A DNA stretch of 26,544 nucleotides from Bacteroidales bacterium. Lineage in GTDB: Bacteria > Bacteroidota > Bacteroidia > Bacteroidales > UBA12077. The notes beneath the pieces are model-generated. The model saw only the letters and a list, made by a program, of their open reading frames with translations. It searched no databases and had not been told where the DNA came from. The stretch lies in contig JANQHR010000101.1 of assembly GCA_028282585.1 (NCBI GenBank), positions 1 to 26,544 of the forward strand. Direction: 5' to 3'. The translations under genes were made by a program, and so were the position numbers. Positions 9,836 through 17,730 of this stretch are shown here, in pieces. Within the stretch, counting starts at the first letter, position 1. Each line of letters starts with the position of its first letter.

Positions 9836-10390
9836 ATGACAAGTATACTGAATCAAAATATAAACTCATATAAACGAAAACTGATTTTATTGGTTTTTGG
9901 AAGTTTAATGTTGATTTTAATGATATATGGTTTAGCAATTAAAAAGACCATGATTTTAAGATCAGAATATAAGGATTTAGCTAATCAATTATCAACGGTA
10001 ACAAATGCTCCGGTTCAGATTGAAAATTTAAAACAGAAACTAGTTAGTATTGATGGTATAATAGGAGCAAATATAAATGATAACTATGTCCTTAAAGAAC
10101 AAATATTAAATCACTGTGGTGAGTATTGTAATAAAAACAACCTGGTAATTAAGGATTTTCCTGAAATTCATTCATTTTCGCATGAGAATTACCAAATCGA
10201 AACCAGTAAAATTGTTATCCAGGGAGAGTTTATTGATGTATTAAAGCTAATTTATATGTTTGAAAATCAATACAAAATTGCCAGGGTAGTTTCGGTGAAT
10301 TTTCACACAGAAAAAAACATCAGAACCAAGCAAAAATTTCTTGAAACCGACATTTATTTTCAAAATGTTAATATCTTAAACAATGAATAA
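9836..10390 (+). CDS. PilO/GspM-like bitopic membrane protein
   Basis: N-terminal TM, coiled coil, ferredoxin-like IVIQGEFIDVLKLIYMFE segment. Follows the PilN-like gene. Confidence 0.7.
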   Translation: MTSILNQNINSYKRKLILLVFGSLMLILMIYGLAIKKTMILRSEYKDLANQLSTVTNAPVQIENLKQKLVSIDGIIGANINDNYVLKEQILNHCGEYCNKNNLVIKDFPEIHSFSHENYQIETSKIVIQGEFIDVLKLIYMFENQYKIARVVSVNFHTEKNIRTKQKFLETDIYFQNVNILNNE

Positions 10391-11096
10391 AAAATATTTA
10401 TTATTAATAACCTTATGCATATTTATATATCTGGGATGCGATGATATATTCGAAGAAGATATTAGTGAAAAAAAGTTTAATCTATATGCTCCATCAGATA
10501 ATATAACAACCACCGAAGTAAACCAAACTTTTTGGTGGCAAGAAGTTGAAGATGCAACCCATTATGCACTTCAAATTGTAAGCCCGTCATTCCAAAGCAT
10601 CGAGAAATTGGTTCTTGACTCTACTGTTACAGAAAATCAGTTTGATTATACACTTAACGAAGGAACTTATCAATGGAGGGTGAAAGCATTAAATAATATT
10701 AGCTACACCTATTCCGATACGAATACGTTTATCATTGAAAGTACGGATATAAGTGGTGTGAATTTTGATCTGCTGTCTCCAACTAACAACTTGCAATCTC
10801 CCGATACGGTCCAAAGTTTTAGCTGGGAAAATGTGACAGGTGCTACTGAGTATGATTTGCGAATTGTAAGTCCTTCCTTTAGTTCAATGGAAGAGCTTGT
10901 TGTTGATACTATTATAAATGATCAGCAAATTAGTATTTTATTGTATAATGGTAGTTATGAGTGGAGAGTAAAAGCCTCCAATAGTATTAGCGAAACTATA
11001 TCAGATACAAATACTGTTGTTATAGATACTACTCTAACATCCAAATATGACATGTTCGAACCAGAGAATCATAAATTAAATATTCTTTACGGTTAA
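10383..11096 (+). CDS. Lipoprotein with two tandem FN3/Ig-like repeats
   Basis: Lipobox IYLG|C followed by acidic DDIFEED. Two ~95-aa repeats share L.(A/S)P..N, F.W..V..AT.Y.L.IVSPSF, G.Y.WRVKA.N and SDTNT. Confidence 0.85.
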   Translation: MNKKYLLLITLCIFIYLGCDDIFEEDISEKKFNLYAPSDNITTTEVNQTFWWQEVEDATHYALQIVSPSFQSIEKLVLDSTVTENQFDYTLNEGTYQWRVKALNNISYTYSDTNTFIIESTDISGVNFDLLSPTNNLQSPDTVQSFSWENVTGATEYDLRIVSPSFSSMEELVVDTIINDQQISILLYNGSYEWRVKASNSISETISDTNTVVIDTTLTSKYDMFEPENHKLNILYG

Positions 11097-11113
11097 CATA
11101 ATTTAAATTTTGA

Positions 11114-11608
11114 ATGAAAAATAAAAAGTTAGTTAAAATATTACTGCCTCTGGTTTTTATTATTTGGGGACTTATCATATACCGCGTAATATCATATGTT
11201 ACAGGTAATAATACGGTTGATATTGTAAATGTCAAATCAGCTTACCATATTAAAAATAAAACACAAACCGATACTTTTACAATTGTAGCAAACTACCGTG
11301 ATCCCTTCGATACAGAAACCATTAAAAAAAAGGTAGCAAAAAAAAATCCATCAAAAAAAACAAATAATAAGCAAGCAAAGAAAACGGAACCCAAAATTAT
11401 ATGGCCTCATATAACTTATAAAGGTAGGGTTCAAAATAATTCATCATCCAAAAAACTTAGCATTTTAAAAATTAATAATAAGAATTACATGATGTTTGAA
11501 AACGAGGAAAAAGAAAATGTTCTTTTAAAAAAAATATATAAAGATTCCGCAATTGTTGAGTATTCAAACCAACAAAAAATAATCTATCTAAAATCAATAA
11601 ATAAATAA
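11114..11608 (+). CDS. PilP/GspC-like protein
   Basis: N-terminal TM, YRDPF motif as in PilP, Lys-rich linker, small beta domain (ITYKGRV...LSILKINNK...LKKIYKDSAIV). Confidence 0.65.
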   Translation: MKNKKLVKILLPLVFIIWGLIIYRVISYVTGNNTVDIVNVKSAYHIKNKTQTDTFTIVANYRDPFDTETIKKKVAKKNPSKKTNNKQAKKTEPKIIWPHITYKGRVQNNSSSKKLSILKINNKNYMMFENEEKENVLLKKIYKDSAIVEYSNQQKIIYLKSINK

Positions 11609-11611
11609 GTT

Positions 11612-12265
11612 ATGAGATTAATAAAACTTATTATATGTATTCTATTCCCAACCTTGCTTTTCGCTCAAAAAAGTATTGACCAGGAAATTGTGCAGAATAT
11701 AATTATTCCGGGGGCCGACTCAACAATTAAGGTAGGAATATTAACTAAATCAAAACAAGTAAAAATAAAAGACAATCTTTTATACTACTGGTATAAGTCA
11801 AATAAAATATATAAAAACAAGGGTGGGTTTGATGGAAAGTTACTTCATGGAGTTTACAATGTTTATAATTCCGATGGAAAATTATACAGATCAGGCGAAT
11901 TTCTAAATGGCAACAAAAATGGCAATTGGAAACTGTGGAATGAGCATGGAGAATTATTATCATCTTCCGAATGGAGCAGCGGTATATTAAACGGATCATC
12001 AAAACATTACAATCAAAAAGGTCAACTATCCAGGGAAGAGAGCTATAAGAATGGCATTTTACATGGAAAAACAATTATCTACGATTCAGATCAAGAAATT
12101 CAAGAAATACATTTTTATAAGAACGGTAATTTAAAATTGAGTTTTACAGACAAGATCTTCATATGGTTTAAAAAGCGAAAAAATGAAAATATTGTTTTTA
12201 AACCGGAACCAATAAAAAAAGAAAAAGAAACCGAAGATTTTGATGATATAGACGACGAAGATTAA
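11612..12265 (+). CDS. Exported MORN-variant (YwqK-like) repeat protein
   Basis: Signal peptide LLFA|Q. About four 23-aa repeats: GKLLHGVYNVYNSDGKL, GNKNGNWKLWNEHGEL, GILNGSSKHYNQKGQL, GILHGKTIIYDSDQEI. Acidic tail. Confidence 0.85.
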   Translation: MRLIKLIICILFPTLLFAQKSIDQEIVQNIIIPGADSTIKVGILTKSKQVKIKDNLLYYWYKSNKIYKNKGGFDGKLLHGVYNVYNSDGKLYRSGEFLNGNKNGNWKLWNEHGELLSSSEWSSGILNGSSKHYNQKGQLSREESYKNGILHGKTIIYDSDQEIQEIHFYKNGNLKLSFTDKIFIWFKKRKNENIVFKPEPIKKEKETEDFDDIDDED

Positions 12266-12281
12266 AATTTAATTATTACAT

Positions 12282-13505
12282 ATGCTAAAAGCCGGAGCAC
12301 TTTTATATGCTATATTCATTACCTTTTTACTTACTATTATAAGTGGCTCTGTTTTATTATACATTTATTTTAACTCAATTATTATAGATAGTTATATACT
12401 TAGAAATCAAACAGAAAAAACTCTAAGCTCTGCTGTTAATATCTATCTTACCAATCCGGCAAATTTTAAGTCAGAAAGTATTTCAATCTCTCCTTTTGAA
12501 GATGATAAACAGGTAAACCTTAAAAAAAAATTCTGGGGAATATATGAATTGATAGAAGCTACTATAAATATAAATAACGATACTTACAAAAAGATCGCTT
12601 TAATTGGCAAAAATCAGGATAATCATCCGGCATTATATTTAAAACAAGATGCCAATGAGCTCGAGATCTCCGGCAATACTAACCTTAAAGGACCTTGCTA
12701 TGTGCCCAATGCCATAATAAGAAAGACATATATACCAGGTTATCAAAATCCGGGAATAACTGCACTACCTAACATAATAAGAAAAAGTGAAGAAAACTTA
12801 CCGGAATTAAGTGCAAATTTGATCCGGAATTTATCTGATATAAAAACATCCTATTTGAAAGGTAGAAATATTACTCAAAGTCAATTGCCTGATACTTTGA
12901 ATCAATCGTTTACTGATAGTACCATTACCTTTTATTCAGAAAAAAGTATTTCCATATCTAACAAAGTAATAACAGGTAATGTTATCATTGTTTCAACCGA
13001 AAAAATCATTGTATACCCTACCAATAAGTTAAGTAAACTTATATTATACGCTCCTCAAATTGAGTTTTTAAGCGGATGCAGTAATTCTGTTCAGTGCTTT
13101 GCTGATGAAAAAATCATCGTACAAGAAGATTGCGATTTTTTATATCCGTCTTGTTTGGCAATTATTAATCCCGGAATGGTTTCAACTGATATAGTACTTG
13201 AAGGTGAATGTAATTTTACGGGCGAAATTATATTACAGAATAAAACCGATAATACATCAAGTATAAAGATCGGAAAAAACACTATCGTTAACGGACTGGT
13301 TTATTCCAATTCAAATATTGAACTTCTGGGATCGGTTAACGGATCGATTTATGTTAATCAATTTAAACATAAAATTAAATCGGAACAATTCACAAATCAC
13401 CTGATTCATGCGTCGATTAATTTATATAATCTCTCTGATTATTTTATGTACTCTTCACTATTCGAGAATAATGCACAACTAGAAATTATTAAATGGTTAA
13501 ACTAA
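12282..13505 (+). CDS. Large minor pilin (GspK/PilX-like) with beta-solenoid-like C-terminal region
   Basis: MLKAG|ALLYAIFITFLL lacks E5, which is typical of GspK/PilX. C-terminal repeats ITGNVII, FTGEII, IVNGLVY, SVNGSIY. Confidence 0.7.
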   Translation: MLKAGALLYAIFITFLLTIISGSVLLYIYFNSIIIDSYILRNQTEKTLSSAVNIYLTNPANFKSESISISPFEDDKQVNLKKKFWGIYELIEATININNDTYKKIALIGKNQDNHPALYLKQDANELEISGNTNLKGPCYVPNAIIRKTYIPGYQNPGITALPNIIRKSEENLPELSANLIRNLSDIKTSYLKGRNITQSQLPDTLNQSFTDSTITFYSEKSISISNKVITGNVIIVSTEKIIVYPTNKLSKLILYAPQIEFLSGCSNSVQCFADEKIIVQEDCDFLYPSCLAIINPGMVSTDIVLEGECNFTGEIILQNKTDNTSSIKIGKNTIVNGLVYSNSNIELLGSVNGSIYVNQFKHKIKSEQFTNHLIHASINLYNLSDYFMYSSLFENNAQLEIIKWLN

Positions 13506-13849
13506 ATCAAAAAATAAAAGGTTCAACCTTAATTGAGGTAATTGTGGCACTTTTAATTATTTTAATTGTGTATGGAATTCTTACCTTTTTTATTCAAAAA
13601 TTGGGAAAGCAACTCAAACATAATAAAGAAAAATCCAATGCATATTTCGTTATTGAAAAAACCATAAACGAAACCAAACAAAACAACCTTTATTATAATG
13701 ATGAGTTTGTAACAAACGACATCAAATTCGTTAAAGAAGTAACTAACTATAAGGAATATAAAAATATATACAACTTAAGAATATCTGCCTTTAATAAAAA
13801 TAATGTACTGTTAGTTGAAATTAAAGAAATAATCGATGCTGAAAGATAA
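13493..13849 (+). CDS. Minor pilin (GspI/PilV-like)
   Basis: KIKG|STLIEVIVALLII class III signal, 118 aa. Confidence 0.85.
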   Translation: MVKLNQKIKGSTLIEVIVALLIILIVYGILTFFIQKLGKQLKHNKEKSNAYFVIEKTINETKQNNLYYNDEFVTNDIKFVKEVTNYKEYKNIYNLRISAFNKNNVLLVEIKEIIDAER

Positions 13850-14312
13850 TATAAAACACTTCAAGGCATTTACAATCGTAGAAGTAATTGTATCATTACT
13901 GATCAGCAGTATTGTAATTTCGATGGCATATATCATTTTTATCAATACCGAATTATATTTTGAGAAAATAAAACAACAAAATGCTTTTACCATTCAATAC
14001 ATCGATTTTTATTCGATACTAAAGAAAGATATTCATAAAAGCAATGCAATCGAAGTTAAATATGGTGAGCTGATCATTAGTTTTGATTATGGCAACGTGG
14101 TTTATCGGTTCGAAGAAGATTTTATTGAACGTGTTAGTGTAAATGAAGAGGTAAAACAATTCAATATACAGGTATATAATTTAGATTATATTCGCTTAAA
14201 AGAAACTCGACTTGTAAATGAAATTATTTTGCAGATACAAGGTAACGAAGTATTTGAAGTGAACTTTTTGAAACATTATTCAAAGCAAACATTAGTAAAT
14301 ACAAACATATAA
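13836..14312 (+). CDS. Minor pilin (GspJ/PilW-like)
   Basis: HFKA|FTIVEVIVSLLISSIV, helix ending LKKDI, and VVYRFEEDFIER. Confidence 0.85.
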   Translation: MLKDNIKHFKAFTIVEVIVSLLISSIVISMAYIIFINTELYFEKIKQQNAFTIQYIDFYSILKKDIHKSNAIEVKYGELIISFDYGNVVYRFEEDFIERVSVNEEVKQFNIQVYNLDYIRLKETRLVNEIILQIQGNEVFEVNFLKHYSKQTLVNTNI

Positions 14313-14314
14313 AG

Positions 14315-15457
14315 GTGGCTGTAAATTTAAAAGAATTAAATAAAAGTACTGTACAAAATAAAAGTGATAAAAACACCGGAAAAAGCATTTTGGATTTTCT
14401 GAATAATCGCGAAATTTCGTTTAGTTCAGGAAAATTAAATGGTAAAAAGAAAGAAAAATTCTTTAGCGAGTTATCAATTCTATTATCATCAGGAATCGAT
14501 TTAAAATCGGCACTTGAGATACTTCTTCAGAATAAAAAAAACAAACAGGAATATTTTGAAAAAATCTATGAAGATGTAGTTCTGGGTAAAAGCCTTTCCG
14601 AAGCCTTGCAATTTTCTAATAAATTTGATGCCTATGATTTTTATAGCATTAAAATTGGTGAGGAAAGCGGGCAGTTAAATAACATACTGAAAGATCTAAG
14701 TGCTTACTACGAGAGAAAAAACAAACAAAACAGGCAATTAAGCAGTGCATTATCCTATCCTATCATCGTACTTACTACGGCCGTATTAACCATTGTTTTT
14801 ATGCTGAAACTGATTGTCCCCATGTTTGTGGATATTTTCATGCGAAGTACCATGGAGTTACCTAAAATAACACAAATGATTATTTCACTATCCGAGAATT
14901 TCTCAAAGTATTTATGGAGCGTTTTTTTCATCATTTTGGCATTCATTATTTTTCACCAGGTATTTAAAAAAGCTGAATGGTATAAATTGTACCGGTGTTT
15001 ACTTCTAATTAAAATGCCAGGTTTTGGTAAAATGATAAGACATCAGTATTTAATTCGGTTCTTTCGGTCAACAGCGTTGTTGCTAAGTTCCGGAATGGTA
15101 TTGTTGCAAGCCATTAAGTTGATGAAAGAAATGATCAACTTTTATTATTTCGAAAAGATATTTACCCAGGTTGAAAAGGACCTGGTGTTTGGTAAATCTT
15201 TAAACGAAAGCCTTGGTAAATACAAGATATTCGATTTCAGAACCATTACCTTAATTAAAGTAGCCGAGGAAGTAAACCAGTTGCCTTCGGTTTTCGAGAA
15301 ACTGTATACTAAATATACCGAAGAACAGGACCAGCAATTATCCACCATTAATAACGTTTTGGAGCCTTTCTTAATAATTTTTGTGGGTATTATTGTAGCA
15401 TTTATTTTGGTTGCTATGTACCTGCCATTGTTCCAAATGAGTTCGAATTTTATATAG
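14315..15457 (+). CDS. gspF: GspF/PilC inner-membrane platform protein
   Basis: FFSELSILLSSGIDL, IGEESGQL, ALSYP, LLLSSGM, AEEVNQL, LEPFLIIFVGIIVAFILVAMYLPLF. GTG start. Confidence 0.95.
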   Translation: MAVNLKELNKSTVQNKSDKNTGKSILDFLNNREISFSSGKLNGKKKEKFFSELSILLSSGIDLKSALEILLQNKKNKQEYFEKIYEDVVLGKSLSEALQFSNKFDAYDFYSIKIGEESGQLNNILKDLSAYYERKNKQNRQLSSALSYPIIVLTTAVLTIVFMLKLIVPMFVDIFMRSTMELPKITQMIISLSENFSKYLWSVFFIILAFIIFHQVFKKAEWYKLYRCLLLIKMPGFGKMIRHQYLIRFFRSTALLLSSGMVLLQAIKLMKEMINFYYFEKIFTQVEKDLVFGKSLNESLGKYKIFDFRTITLIKVAEEVNQLPSVFEKLYTKYTEEQDQQLSTINNVLEPFLIIFVGIIVAFILVAMYLPLFQMSSNFI

Positions 15458-16246
15458 ATGAAAAAGAAAATATCTTTTATGGCAATTCTAAAATTATTCC
15501 TAGTTACAATAGGAATATCATTGGTATCCATTTCTTCTGTTAATATATATTTTGGGAATTTTTTCTGTAGAGAAACTATGAGTATTAAACCAGGCGAAAA
15601 CAAAATAATTGAACAAAACTTAGGGGCAGGTTCTATAAAATACTCACTTGTTGTTGAAAATAATCTTGAATTAGCAGAAACTTTACCATTGGCTCTAAAA
15701 TGTGGAATTAATATTCTGGTTCTGGATGAAAATAAAGATGCTCATTTTGATCACATTATAGATTATCAGGACAAAATAACCCCATTAACATTTGATGTTC
15801 CTGAAGGTGCGAAATTAATTATAGGCTGCTCTGATAATTTAACCGGAAAATCTAAATTAATCATAAAACATAAAGAATTCATAGCTTCAAAAAGTTTTAC
15901 ATTATTGGAAAATTTAGCAGACACAACTACTTACAGTATAATTAAAGGAGAAGAAAATGTAATTTATACAAATAAATCAAAATCAGCCATTAAACTTAGT
16001 GTGCAAATTTTCAATCAGCTTGTTCAGGACAACCGTCTTTTAATAGATGAAGTAACTGTTTTTTTAGCCGGTCCTTATAGAAATCCTGAATCAAAAAAAG
16101 TTTTTAATACACCCACTTATATATCGCCAGGTGAAAAACAAATTGTGGATTATATTCTTAACCCGGGATATTCCCTAAACATAGAATCTGGTTTGAAGGA
16201 TCAAAATGGACAGTGCTATTATAAATGTTTAGCTATTTACAATTAA
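15458..16246 (+). CDS. Hypothetical membrane-anchored/exported protein with probable two-fold internal repeat
   Basis: Starts immediately after the gspF stop. N-terminal hydrophobic segment. TMSIKPGENKIIEQN...IKYSLVVEN resembles TYSIIKGEENVIYTN...IKLSVQIFN. Confidence 0.7.
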   Translation: MKKKISFMAILKLFLVTIGISLVSISSVNIYFGNFFCRETMSIKPGENKIIEQNLGAGSIKYSLVVENNLELAETLPLALKCGINILVLDENKDAHFDHIIDYQDKITPLTFDVPEGAKLIIGCSDNLTGKSKLIIKHKEFIASKSFTLLENLADTTTYSIIKGEENVIYTNKSKSAIKLSVQIFNQLVQDNRLLIDEVTVFLAGPYRNPESKKVFNTPTYISPGEKQIVDYILNPGYSLNIESGLKDQNGQCYYKCLAIYN

Positions 16247-16296
16247 TCAAAATTTAAATCTATAATATGCTAACAAACAGAAAAGTACCGCTCTGT

Positions 16297-16384
16297 AAAC
16301 TTATAAGCATAGAATAGCAAACCGATAAGCATAAGTTTTGAAACCGATAGGCATCGGTTTGGAAAAACATAAGCATAGGATTTT
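16297..16384. repeat. Four tandem degenerate 22-bp units with an ATAAGCAT core
   Basis: aaacttataagcatagaatagc / aaaccgataagcataagttttg / aaaccgataggcatcggtttgg / aaaaacataagcataggatttt. Confidence 0.75.
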
Positions 16385-16438
16385 TAAATTGTAGTGCGTT
16401 GTTCAAAAAAAGACACATGTCGTTTGAAAAAAACCTTT

Positions 16439-16470
16439 GCTGGCGCGTGACAATAAACAGAATAATAAAG
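16439..16470 (-). repeat. Collapsed REP plus 27-bp direct repeat (left copy)
   Basis: gctgg followed by cgcgtgacaataaacagaataataaag. Bases 16444-16470 match 17181-17207 at 25/27. Confidence 0.7.
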
Positions 16471-16493
16471 AGACTGCCTTTTTGGAAGCCTCT
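16455..16493 (-). terminator. Probable intrinsic terminator downstream of the RAYT gene
   Basis: Minus strand reads agaggcttcc-aaaaa-ggcagtctct (one G-U pair, one mismatch) followed by U-rich ttattattctgttt. Confidence 0.5.
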
Positions 16494-16544
16494 TAACTAA
16501 TATTAATTTTTATTCATTTTCTGCTGAGCTGGGGCGCGATAGTA

Positions 16545-17111
16545 TTAATAGGTTATTAATTTGCCAGATTCTTGCACAATCTCTAATAACGAATCCAATT
16601 CAGCATAATTTCTTGCCGAACTAAACCAATAATCTTCCGGCTTTTCAACTATTAATTCTTTCACCGGGTTATTATGAATATATTCAAGTTTTTCAAAAAA
16701 GAAATCATTACTTACTATGATTTTTGCCTGGTTTCCGTCTTGCCAAAACTTATAATTCTTTATTCTTTTTAAATTCTTCCCTTTTGACTTAAATATTTCT
16801 AATATCCATTCTCTCCTGCTTTCTGGTTCTTCTTCAATCTGCTTAATAATGGCTTTTGCAGTAAATTTCTTAAAGTCTCTTAATATTTCCGATAACGAAA
16901 ACTTTCCATCAGCTCTCGCAATCATGTGTAAGTGGTTCGACATTAAACACCAACCAAATATGGTTAATCCTTTATGTTTTTGACAATATTTTAATGATTC
17001 TGCTATTTTTAGTTTATGATTTACTCTGGTAAATACATCGATCCACCCAACTGCAGTTAAGGTTACAAAGTAAGCTTTGTCATTATCATATATTTTGTAC
17101 TTATCTGACAT
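16545..17111 (-). CDS. REP-associated tyrosine transposase (RAYT/TnpA-REP, Y1 HUH family)
   Basis: YFVTLTAVGW, HUH motif CLMSNHLHMI, LRDFKKFT, KFWQDG, catalytic LEYIHNNPV, YWFSSA. Flanked by REP hairpins. Confidence 0.93.
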   Translation of the reverse strand: MSDKYKIYDNDKAYFVTLTAVGWIDVFTRVNHKLKIAESLKYCQKHKGLTIFGWCLMSNHLHMIARADGKFSLSEILRDFKKFTAKAIIKQIEEEPESRREWILEIFKSKGKNLKRIKNYKFWQDGNQAKIIVSNDFFFEKLEYIHNNPVKELIVEKPEDYWFSSARNYAELDSLLEIVQESGKLITY

Positions 17112-17162
17112 AATATAAAAATACCTTTTTTTATTAAGCTAAAAAATACCTCAAATACAATT

Positions 17163-17187
17163 ACTGGTGCGCGACTGTGTCGCGTGA
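17163..17187 (-). repeat. REP palindrome 1
   Basis: Minus strand tcacgcgacacagtcgcgcaccagt, stem cgcgac/gtcgcg. Confidence 0.8.
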
Positions 17188-17189
17188 AA

Positions 17190-17227
17190 ATAAACAAAAT
17201 AATAAAGCCTGATTAATAATATCAGGC
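17190..17227 (-). terminator. Probable intrinsic terminator of the RHS-immunity transcript, inside the REP pair
   Basis: Perfect 7-bp stem gcctgat-N7-atcaggc (17207-17227), followed on the minus strand by tttattattttgttta. Confidence 0.5.
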
Positions 17228-17247
17228 CTAATGGTATACAAACTACC

Positions 17248-17272
17248 GCACGCGTTTCAAACGCGCGCTAGC
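17248..17272 (+). repeat. REP palindrome 2
   Basis: gcacgcgtttcaaacgcgcgctagc, stem cgcgtt/aacgcg. Confidence 0.8.
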
Positions 17273-17306
17273 TGGTGCTGAGGTTGCATGTGTTGTAATA
17301 GCTAAG

Positions 17307-17331
17307 GCACTCGTTACAAACGAGCGCCAGC
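17307..17331 (+). repeat. REP palindrome 3
   Basis: gcactcgttacaaacgagcgccagc, stem ctcgtt/aacgag. Confidence 0.8.
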
Positions 17332-17343
17332 AGGGTGTTTTAT

Positions 17344-17730
17344 CTAATTCATTTGAAATCTTAAGGGTATTGGATCTCCTTCTTGCCAACAATCAATCGT
17401 AAAATATTTGGTTTTCATTTTTGGATATGTTCTAACCACTTTCACTTTTAAACTTCCAGCTTCTTTGTAAATATGATCACCTTTCTTTACGTATTCTAAA
17501 AAATCAAACTTTGTTCCAGTAAAATTGCGTATCTGAACTGAACCATCTTCATATTTTATATGAATATAATGGGAATCATGTACCCAGTGATTGAGTTCTA
17601 CCTTTTCAATCTTCCCTATTATTTCTTCACTTTTAAATTTTTCCAACCATTTCTCACATGTATTTCCACACCCATTTAAAATAAGAAATAGGGAAAAATA
17701 AATCAATAATTTAATCTTCTTTTGTTGCAT
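17344..17730 (-). CDS. Small lipoprotein, candidate immunity protein for the RHS C-terminal domain
   Basis: ATG 17730 overlaps the last 20 nt of the RHS gene. MQQKKIKLLIYFSLFLILNG|C lipobox and a small beta-rich body. The immunity role is inferred from position. Confidence 0.75.
   Translation of the reverse strand: MQQKKIKLLIYFSLFLILNGCGNTCEKWLEKFKSEEIIGKIEKVELNHWVHDSHYIHIKYEDGSVQIRNFTGTKFDFLEYVKKGDHIYKEAGSLKVKVVRTYPKMKTKYFTIDCWQEGDPIPLRFQMN

Noticed and set aside
10383-11096. DGR template/variable repeat pair in the lipoprotein duplication
   Set aside because: The similarity is at the protein level and diverged at all bases rather than adenine-specific, and no reverse transcriptase is present.
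4256-15457. Canonical proteobacterial T2SS, Tad or DNA-uptake competence locus
   Set aside because: No GspG DPWG motif, no Flp/TadZ/RcpC, and no ComEC/ComEA/PilT in the window. The architecture is hybrid.
3473-15603. Short minus-strand and alternative-frame ORFs within the SIMPL gene and pilus operon (e.g. 15145-15603, 11745-12074, 9322-9585)
   Set aside because: They overlap well-supported genes almost entirely and show no family signal.
16297-16384. CRISPR array interpretation of the 22-bp repeats
   Set aside because: Units are contiguous and degenerate with no unique spacers, and no cas genes are present.
16545-17111. IS200/IS605 insertion sequence
   Set aside because: No tnpB. The length, the YFVT...NP...SSA motifs and multiple flanking REPs fit RAYT better.
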